Shown here: positions 17,981 through 25,116 of the stretch, one piece after another
Position numbering within the stretch: position 1 is the first letter of the stretch
Layout of the letters: the number at the start of each line of letters is the position of its first letter
DNA from: Paludibacteraceae bacterium
GTDB lineage: Bacteria; Bacteroidota; Bacteroidia; Bacteroidales; Paludibacteraceae
Reading direction: 5' to 3'
Length of the DNA stretch: 64,000 nucleotides
Assembly (NCBI GenBank): GCA_045641625.1
Contig: JAZUHH010000027.1
Coordinates: 1,582 to 65,581, forward strand
Notes under the pieces: generated by a model
Told to the model about the DNA's origin: nothing
Database searches by the model: none
The model's input: only the letters and a program-made list of their open reading frames with translations
Position numbers and translations under genes: made by a program

Positions 17981-18264
17981 GATTTTTGCAAGGTGTTTGC
18001 AGGACATTTTAGAAGCTTTTTTAGTTTAAACGCTTCTGAACATTTTTGTTTTATTTATTAATATTAGAAATTAAACGAATATTGGCAGACTCAAGTAGTA
18101 GTACGGGGCAGATTAGTTGCATAAAGTTCGGTAGCGATTTCAATGTGGTGTACTAATTTTTCTTGAAGTGATTTGCATACATATTGAATTACCAGTATTC
18201 TTGCGTTGTGAGTCAAATACCTATTGAATTCCAAAAGAGTTTAAAAAAATCAAATAATATAAAT

Positions 18265-18555
18265 ATGGCAGATTATTCTTTAATGTGGGGCAGAAAAACT
18301 CCTGGTCATTTAGTATATTTAATTGACCAATCAGGCTCTATGGGTGGCAGTAACTCCATAAAAGCAGCGGAAGCTGTTCATTCTGCAATAATGGACACAT
18401 TTATCGGATGTGTAAGAGGTAATGAAGTTCTTAACAGAGTTTATATTACAGTCATTGGATATGGCAATAGTGACGGTGTTTCTATAATTAGAGAAGGATG
18501 GATGACCGATTATGTGGCAGATCTTAAATTGTGCAAAAAAATGGCACAACAATAA
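18265..18555 (+). CDS. TerY-like von Willebrand factor A (vWA) protein, N-terminal fragment (reading frame breaks at an A7 tract)
   Basis: ATG at 18265 (MADYSLMWGRKTPGHLVYLIDQSGSMGG carries the DxSxS part of the MIDAS). The frame ends at ..DLKLCKKMAQQ*, just after the A7 run at 18535-18541. Confidence 0.8.
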   Translation: MADYSLMWGRKTPGHLVYLIDQSGSMGGSNSIKAAEAVHSAIMDTFIGCVRGNEVLNRVYITVIGYGNSDGVSIIREGWMTDYVADLKLCKKMAQQ

Positions 18556-19040
18556 TTGATCCGATAGCCCATGGCGGAACTCCAATGGCAGAAGCATTCA
18601 CATTGGCAAAAGAATGTTTAGCAAACTGGATTCAAGCTCGCCAAGAGATTGCTGACGAAGACACACAAGCAGGCATACCTGCTCCCATTGTAATAAACAT
18701 TACTGATGGTGAACCTGACAATCAATATGAAGCAGTGTGCGAAGCTCAGGAGCTCACAAGTCTGAATACTTCAGACGGGAATGTCCTGCTGTTTAACATC
18801 CACATGGATGAAGCACCTTCAGCAAATGAAGTTATGTTTCCATCGGATCCAGACTCATTAAACGAGTCTGGCAGATTCTTGTTTGACATTTCAAGTGAAA
18901 TGACCGATGAATTTATAAAAGTAGCAAAACAACAACATCTGGAAGGTATTATTCCGGGATCTAAGGGATTCGTTGTTAATGCGAAGGGAGATACACTAGT
19001 AAGATTTGTTAGATTTGGTTCTTCTTGTTCACAGGGATGA
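18540..19040 (+). CDS. TerY-like vWA protein, C-terminal fragment (-1 frame relative to the N-terminal fragment)
   Basis: Continues the vWA fold: NGTTIIDPIAHGGTPMAEAF (MIDAS Thr) and PAPIVINITDGEPDN (MIDAS Asp). With one extra A in the tract the two parts join as ..LCKKNGTTIIDP... Confidence 0.8.
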   Translation, partial: NGTTIIDPIAHGGTPMAEAFTLAKECLANWIQARQEIADEDTQAGIPAPIVINITDGEPDNQYEAVCEAQELTSLNTSDGNVLLFNIHMDEAPSANEVMFPSDPDSLNESGRFLFDISSEMTDEFIKVAKQQHLEGIIPGSKGFVVNAKGDTLVRFVRFGSSCSQG

Positions 19041-20188
19041 TAGTTAAATATTCAGCATTTATTGTGCCACATGGTGGCGAGGGATATAATAATTGCCAAG
19101 ACCGTTTTCTTATCAATAAGGATACATGCAGTTTTGGTGTGGCAGATGGTGTGTCTCAATCTTTTTCCCCTTCAACTTGGGCCGAGATTGTGTGCGAAAA
19201 TTTTGTCAATAATCCTGAGGATTTTGTTTCCGAAGATGAAACAAAATGGAAGAATCAAAATATAGCTTGTTCTCATTTTGCCTCAAAAACACAGCAAGAA
19301 CAAAGTGAACTGTCGGAGAATGAGAAATTCTTCTTTGAACTTCAAAAGGAAAAATATGAATTTGCTGCTTGCACATTTGTTGGGCTTCACATAAGTCATA
19401 AAGACTGCAAAGTTATTTGTATTGGTGATAGTTATTTGGTCGCTTGCAATAATGGGAAGATTATAGATACTGTTCCTACAGTGAAGAACAGTGGGTTTGA
19501 TAATTTCCCTGACTATCTCTCTAGCAATGGGAAAAACAATGGAAAAATAAGAGTAAAAGATATTGATTTTGACATTGTGACTTCATTGTTTATTATGACA
19601 GACGCATTAGCAGAATGGTTATTGACAGGATCAGAGGAGGGGAAAATAGGTCAATTAATGAATATAAATACCCATGAAGATTTTGTAGCATTTGTTGAGG
19701 AAGAAAGAATCTCTCATCGACTAAAAGATGATGATACAACATTGGTAAGAATTTGTATTGAAAAAGATTTTTCCGAGCAGATAGTTTTTGTCCCTGAAGC
19801 TATTGATGATATAAATAAACTCAAAAAAGATGATATTTCTCTTGTAACCGTTGAAACTCCAGAAAAAGAAGAACCGAAAAAAGTAGTACGCGAACCTGAA
19901 GTAAAATCCAACAGCGGTGATACTATTTTGCAGGAAGCTCAAAATCTTTGCGCTAAATATAAGAAGGATGGTAAAAAGTTTTTTTCTGAAAGTGATGTAG
20001 ATTCTGCGATGGACATCCTTGGAAAATTAGTTATGAGGTTAAAGTATAGTAGTAGTTCTTGTAATAATAATCATATATCTGAAAAACAGTTTAATACTCT
20101 TTCTCAGAAATATAATGAGCTTTTACAAAAAAATAAAAATCTACTTTCTGATATTGAAAAACTTACGAAAAAAAGATTTTTCTGGTAA
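19037..20188 (+). CDS. PP2C-family Ser/Thr phosphatase with coiled-coil C-terminal extension
   Basis: Motifs FGVADGVSQS, VICIGDSYLV, LFIMTDALAEW and KDDDTTLVRI. The ATG at 19037 overlaps the vWA stop (ATGA). Confidence 0.8.
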   Translation: MIVKYSAFIVPHGGEGYNNCQDRFLINKDTCSFGVADGVSQSFSPSTWAEIVCENFVNNPEDFVSEDETKWKNQNIACSHFASKTQQEQSELSENEKFFFELQKEKYEFAACTFVGLHISHKDCKVICIGDSYLVACNNGKIIDTVPTVKNSGFDNFPDYLSSNGKNNGKIRVKDIDFDIVTSLFIMTDALAEWLLTGSEEGKIGQLMNINTHEDFVAFVEEERISHRLKDDDTTLVRICIEKDFSEQIVFVPEAIDDINKLKKDDISLVTVETPEKEEPKKVVREPEVKSNSGDTILQEAQNLCAKYKKDGKKFFSESDVDSAMDILGKLVMRLKYSSSSCNNNHISEKQFNTLSQKYNELLQKNKNLLSDIEKLTKKRFFW

Positions 20189-20209
20189 AAATAATTAACT
20201 GGCTCTGTT

Positions 20210-21295
20210 ATGTCATTACCTACAAAAGATCAATTAAGCACAGCAATAGAAAACCCAAAAAATATCTTGGATCCAGATCTTGATGGTTATTCTGCCATAG
20301 ACGGATTGGTCGGTCCAGAATCCTATAGTGGAGGTTTTTGCATTGTCTATCCAGTTACTAATGGTTCAAAGAAGTATGCGTTTAGACTATGGCATACAGA
20401 GATCGAAGGCATAAAAGATAGACTGAAAAAGATATCAACGTATCTAAGTTCTGCAAATATTTCATATTTTGTAGAATTTGAATATGTAGATGATGCATTA
20501 AGAGTCCCAGGATATAATGGTGTAGCTCAGGTTGTGGACGCTGTTCGAATGGAATGGATAAATGGACTCAATTTAGTAGAATACATTAACTCCATTGTTA
20601 CCAATCTTAATCTTACAAATCAAGAAAAGAAGCAGAACCTTAATAAATTAGCTGATAATTTTTTGAAAATGGTGTCATATCTCCATGAAAAAAAAGTATC
20701 TCATGGTGATTTGCAGCATGGTAACATAATAATACTTGATTCCGGTGAAATAAAACTCGTTGACTACGATTCGGTTTATGTCCCATTGTTTACCGATGAG
20801 CTACAAGTCACTTCCGGTTTGGCGACTTATCAGCATCCGAACAGAAAAGGAACAAAAAGATTGGCATCAGCAGAAGATGATTATTTCTCAGAGTTGATAA
20901 TTTATCTTTCAATTTTATGTATAGCAGAAGATTTTGCATTATGGACCCCGATGGATGCTCGTAATGAACATGTATTATTGTTTTCAGACAGTGATTACAA
21001 AGATATAGAAAGTAGCTCTATTTATAAAACTGCGAATTCTTTCAATAACAGCAAAATTAAACTTTTACTCAGTAGATTGGTAGACTATTTGGTGGTATGT
21101 GATTTTGATGTATTTGAACCTTTAGAATGTATCCTAAAGAATGCTTACACAATTCAACCAGAATCCCTTACTTTGGACGATGAAGACAAAGAACTAACAA
21201 ACATAGAGCGTTCAAATATAAAGACACAAAAAGTTACGGTTCAAATTCAACATGTTGACAAAGATCTTGCTAAACAACGTTATAAGAAGAATTAG
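20210..21295 (+). CDS. Atypical protein kinase (HGDLxxxN type), paralog 1
   Basis: Catalytic loop VSHGDLQHGNIIIL and metal-binding loop IKLVDYDSVY. Gly-loop-like SGGFCIVYP followed by KKYAFRLW. Confidence 0.7.
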   Translation: MSLPTKDQLSTAIENPKNILDPDLDGYSAIDGLVGPESYSGGFCIVYPVTNGSKKYAFRLWHTEIEGIKDRLKKISTYLSSANISYFVEFEYVDDALRVPGYNGVAQVVDAVRMEWINGLNLVEYINSIVTNLNLTNQEKKQNLNKLADNFLKMVSYLHEKKVSHGDLQHGNIIILDSGEIKLVDYDSVYVPLFTDELQVTSGLATYQHPNRKGTKRLASAEDDYFSELIIYLSILCIAEDFALWTPMDARNEHVLLFSDSDYKDIESSSIYKTANSFNNSKIKLLLSRLVDYLVVCDFDVFEPLECILKNAYTIQPESLTLDDEDKELTNIERSNIKTQKVTVQIQHVDKDLAKQRYKKN

Positions 21296-21297
21296 CT

Positions 21298-23196
21298 ATG
21301 TTGCCAACAAAGGATGAAATATCAAGAGCAATAGAAGATGTCAATAACATTTCTATTCCTCAGTTGCATGGCTATCAACCGTGTGAAGGCATAATCGGTC
21401 CAGAAAGTTATGCGGGAGGCTTTTGTATCGTTTTCCCTTTTACAAACGGGTATGACAAAAAAGCAGTTAGAGTTTGGCACCAAGAAATAGATAGAGGACA
21501 GGATAGGTATAGTTGTATTGCAAACGATTTTTCAAAAACTTCATCTAGGTTCTTATGTGATTTACGTTATTATCCATCTTCGCTCAGCGTGTTCAATAAT
21601 AAGGTTGACGTTGTCGTTATGGATTGGGTAAAAGGTAAACCATTAAAAGAATATATACAGTCAATTATTGATAATGGAAATGACACAAGTGTTCTTTTGT
21701 CAGACTTGGCGGAAGAGGCCAAAAACATGTTTAGGGAATTGCATTCCTTAAATTTCTCTCATGGAGATTTACAACATGATAACTTGATAATAACAGAATA
21801 TGGAAGAATAAAGTTGGTTGATTACGATTCTTTTTACACGCCATCATTAGCTTCAGGATTCAGACAAACAACCACTGGCTATAATGGGTATCAACATCCT
21901 TCCCGTTTTTTAGGTAATATAGATAGTAACGAAAGAATCGACTATTTTTCAGAACTTATTATTTATTTGTCTCTTAGAGCTTTAGCAAATGATATAAGTT
22001 TATGGAACTTTGCAAAGGATTCTGATTATTCATTCCTTTTTGATTCAGGAGATTTTCAAAATATAGAAAAATCTCCTTTATATAATTCTATATATTCAAT
22101 GGGAGAAGAAATGCAGATTCTTCTTCGAATATTAAAAGAATACTTAGAAGAAACAGACATTAACAATTTAGAATGTTTTGAAGAACTTTACAATAGATAC
22201 GTAACACCTCCAACCATTAAATTATTCAACCATTCACGTGATAGTTCAATTTATATTGATGATGAAATTGAATTAAAGTGGGATGTAGAAGCATATTCAA
22301 AATTGACTGTAAATGGAAAAGATGTTACTAACAAGAAATCATACAAACTAAAAGCGAGTACAATAACCCAATTTGAGTTAGTTGCTTCAAATGGAATAAA
22401 AGAAGCAAGAAGTAATTTGTTCATAGATATATTTAAGAATCCGACAGTAAAGTTTAAGGCTAGTAAAACCAAATTAAGGCAAGGAGGGAATGAGGGTGTT
22501 AGATTTACATGGATTATTCAAGATGCTGTTTCCGCAAAACTTTTTGCAAATGAAGAGCAGTGTGAAGAAATTGGGTTGACAGGAGAAAAAACATTTACTC
22601 CTAATGTTGACACGGTTTATAAACTTGTAGTTGTTGGTAATGATGGTAATAGAACATTTGAGAAATCTTTGCCGATAAAGGTGATACCAGAAGCAGAGGT
22701 TGAATTATATGTTTCTAAGAAATTTACAATTCCTGGGGTTCCTGTAATAGCCACATGGAGTGTTAAGAATGCGGTAAATGTGACTTTAAAAGTTGAAGCA
22801 GAAACGAATTATTCAAAAAATGTTCCATTTGAAGGCCAATATGAGATATTGGTGGAGAATCCTACTGTCGTATCTTTGGATGTTGAGGATGCTTTTGGTA
22901 CCAAAACCGTAAGACAGGTAATTAACATGTTGCCTCTTCCTGTGATGAAGTTGCATGCTAGTCCACCAGTTATAAATAGCAGTATTTCTCTTTCTCAGAA
23001 AGTAACACCTTTGGATATTGCATTCTGTAAAACGCCTGAATTGCCAAATGTTCAGGTTAAGGCTCCATTTATCAAAACGGTGAAATTAAATTTTGAATTA
23101 CCACATTTCATAGATTTGAAACTCCCTAAGATAACATTATGGGGAAGGATTAAAAATGCTTTTAATCGTGCATTTACAAAGTTAATAACAACATAA
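21298..23196 (+). CDS. Atypical protein kinase (HGDLxxxN type), paralog 2, fused to about 3 Ig-like beta-sandwich repeats
   Basis: FSHGDLQHDNLIIT and IKLVDYDSFY. The N-terminus is collinear with paralog 1 (LPTKD.IS.AIE...GPESY.GGFCIV.P.TNG). The C-terminal half holds about three ~85-aa repeats (e.g. IELKWDVEAYSKLTVNG.., VRFTWIIQDAVSAKLF.., VIATWSVKNAVNVTLKV..). No TM segment is evident. Confidence 0.7.
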   Translation: MLPTKDEISRAIEDVNNISIPQLHGYQPCEGIIGPESYAGGFCIVFPFTNGYDKKAVRVWHQEIDRGQDRYSCIANDFSKTSSRFLCDLRYYPSSLSVFNNKVDVVVMDWVKGKPLKEYIQSIIDNGNDTSVLLSDLAEEAKNMFRELHSLNFSHGDLQHDNLIITEYGRIKLVDYDSFYTPSLASGFRQTTTGYNGYQHPSRFLGNIDSNERIDYFSELIIYLSLRALANDISLWNFAKDSDYSFLFDSGDFQNIEKSPLYNSIYSMGEEMQILLRILKEYLEETDINNLECFEELYNRYVTPPTIKLFNHSRDSSIYIDDEIELKWDVEAYSKLTVNGKDVTNKKSYKLKASTITQFELVASNGIKEARSNLFIDIFKNPTVKFKASKTKLRQGGNEGVRFTWIIQDAVSAKLFANEEQCEEIGLTGEKTFTPNVDTVYKLVVVGNDGNRTFEKSLPIKVIPEAEVELYVSKKFTIPGVPVIATWSVKNAVNVTLKVEAETNYSKNVPFEGQYEILVENPTVVSLDVEDAFGTKTVRQVINMLPLPVMKLHASPPVINSSISLSQKVTPLDIAFCKTPELPNVQVKAPFIKTVKLNFELPHFIDLKLPKITLWGRIKNAFNRAFTKLITT

Positions 23197-23215
23197 AGAA
23201 CATATAAATATTACA

Positions 23216-24559
23216 ATGAGTGAATTAAATAAAAAAGAGAACGAAAAAGAAGTCGGCTTCATGTGGAACAACCTAATAAGTGAAATCCTATGGATTTGCG
23301 CTGGTGTCAATAGACCTGTATTAAGGCAATGTCCTACAGAATGGGCTAAATATGCGGGAATAGGTGGAACTATTCTATTTACTGCGCTTATGGCTATGCT
23401 TTCTGGAGGCTATGCACTATATACTGTTTTTCATAATGAAACTTCAGCAATATTCTTTGGTGTTTTTTGGGGATTACTTATTTTTAATCTTGATCGTTTC
23501 ATAGTAAATACTATGTATTCAGATGGTAAGGCAACTATCAGTTGGATGGAACTTGCGTCTGGAATGCCAAGAATCATTATGGCGATATTTCTTGGTTTAG
23601 TGATTTCTACTCCTCTAGAATTAAAAATATTTGAGGATAAAATCAATTGGCAAATTGAGCAGGATCAAGTTGCCGCAATGGAGGAAATCAATAATGGCAT
23701 GATGTCATATCAAGAGAAAAAAAATCAATTAGTTGCAAGAAAAGATTCTATAAATAGGTTGATTGCTGGAGAAGGTCCTGCTCTTAAAACTATTTATGAT
23801 GATGAAATTAAGAGACAAGAGATAAGAGTTGATGAGGCTCGTAATGCGTTTGAAAAAGAAACATACGGGAGAGGAAATACGCATACGGCTGGTTATGGTC
23901 CAGTTGCAAAACAGAGAGAAAAAGCTCTTAATGATGAGTTATCCAGATTGGACGAACTAATTGTTAAGCAGCACGAAGCACGAGATCAAGCCATCAAAAT
24001 CGGCCAATCTTCTAGAGGAAAATGGCAAATCGAAGTTCTAAATTATGAATCTCAGATAGCAAGAATTGATTCTATTGTAAGTACGACTGCTGATAAGCAG
24101 ACTATTGCAGCTAAATCTTTGGATGGATTTACTGCTAGATATCATGCGTTAAGTGAGATTACACAATCAGATAGTGCGCTATCCTTGGCAAGAATTATTA
24201 TTTCATTACTCTTTATTATCATTGAGACTGCTCCTACATTCTTTAAAATGATGTTGGAAGATGGTCCGTATGACGATATGCTTCGAGCTGAAGAGTATAG
24301 GATAAAAATATTGGCAGATAAGAGAATTTCTGATATAAATGATGAAGTGAATACTGCTGTTTCTATTTCTTCCGAGAGAAATAAAAATCAAATTCAACAA
24401 CAGTTACTAGCCAATCAGGCTTTGCTTGAACAATTATCTAAGGCTCAGTCTGAAGTTTTGGCGGAGGCAATTGATTTGTGGAAACAAAAGGAACTTGAAA
24501 AAGTGAGGGAAAATCCAGAATCATATATTTCTATGGAGCGTGGTTCGGAAGATTTATAA
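23216..24559 (+). CDS. DUF4407-like multi-pass membrane protein with long central coiled coil
   Basis: N-terminus ICAGVNRPVLRQCPTEWAKYAGIGGTILFTALMAMLSGGYAL and FGVFWGLLIFNLDRFIV match my memory of DUF4407. There are three N-terminal TM helices, about 180 aa of coiled coil, then a fourth TM helix (IIISLLFIIIETAPTFF). Confidence 0.65.
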   Translation: MSELNKKENEKEVGFMWNNLISEILWICAGVNRPVLRQCPTEWAKYAGIGGTILFTALMAMLSGGYALYTVFHNETSAIFFGVFWGLLIFNLDRFIVNTMYSDGKATISWMELASGMPRIIMAIFLGLVISTPLELKIFEDKINWQIEQDQVAAMEEINNGMMSYQEKKNQLVARKDSINRLIAGEGPALKTIYDDEIKRQEIRVDEARNAFEKETYGRGNTHTAGYGPVAKQREKALNDELSRLDELIVKQHEARDQAIKIGQSSRGKWQIEVLNYESQIARIDSIVSTTADKQTIAAKSLDGFTARYHALSEITQSDSALSLARIIISLLFIIIETAPTFFKMMLEDGPYDDMLRAEEYRIKILADKRISDINDEVNTAVSISSERNKNQIQQQLLANQALLEQLSKAQSEVLAEAIDLWKQKELEKVRENPESYISMERGSEDL

Positions 24560-24640
24560 TGGCCAAATGAGATAGTAACTTTTGCTCTATCTTCTATAGA
24601 GTAGATTTTGGGTATAGCTGTCCGGTATAAGTTTTATTTG

Positions 24641-24668
24641 AAAAAAAAAATTTGACCTATAGGTCAAA
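24641..24668. promoter_or_regulatory. A10 run followed by a perfect 18-bp palindrome (TTTGACCTATAGGTCAAA)
   Basis: A10 at 24641-24650 and the palindrome at 24651-24668, about 90 nt after the DUF4407 stop at the right edge of the AT-rich island. Confidence 0.6.
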
Positions 24669-24766
24669 AATGTTTGTGTGATTGGTATCAGACATTTTGC
24701 TGCCACTGGTTGTTATATCTCCCATAAATTCTTTATCTTCGCATCCGAAAAATAATTGAATGTAAT

Positions 24767-25051
24767 ATGCAAGAGATACTAATGACTCCGGATGTGTGTA
24801 TGCGATTCCTTGTGTGGTCGTACTACTACCACGATGTGCGTCCGGAAAAGAGAGTGAGCTACAAGGCTTGCGGAAAGTTTTCCGATGCTGATGCAGAGCA
24901 TTTGGACGAGTTGAAGGATATGCTCTTCAAATGCTTCGAAGAGGCTTCCGTGAACAGGGCATGCGACAAGTTCCATAAGGCCAGGCTGCTTAACGAACCG
25001 TGTCCGTTCCCTCAGTCAGAACTGGACAAGATGTTTGCAAGCGAGAAATAG
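24767..25051 (+). CDS. Hypothetical small Cys-containing protein (94 aa)
   Basis: ATG ORF with native-looking composition and a terminator hairpin downstream. I recognise no motif. Confidence 0.5.
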   Translation: MQEILMTPDVCMRFLVWSYYYHDVRPEKRVSYKACGKFSDADAEHLDELKDMLFKCFEEASVNRACDKFHKARLLNEPCPFPQSELDKMFASEK

Positions 25052-25068
25052 TCATGATGACACAAAAT

Positions 25069-25095
25069 AAGGGAGGTTCTGCCTCCCTTTTTTTG
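25069..25095. terminator. Hairpin terminator between convergent genes
   Basis: gggagg-ttct-gcctccc followed by ttttttt. Confidence 0.65.
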
Positions 25096-25116
25096 TCTGT
25101 TGTTAGATGTTGGTGG

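Noticed and set aside
18184-18264. Upstream extension of the vWA ORF from a TTG at 18184.
   Set aside because: The extension (NYQYSCVVSQIPIEFQKSLKKSNNIN) adds nothing to the vWA fold. An ATG at 18265 directly precedes the conserved beta-strand and MIDAS (HLVYLIDQSGSMGG).
17696-24700. The idea that the AT-rich vWA-kinase island is a prophage, ICE or transposon.
   Set aside because: I recognise no integrase, transposase, relaxase, or phage structural or replication genes. I could find no terminal inverted repeats or flanking direct repeats by eye. It is treated as a cargo island of unknown insertion mechanism.
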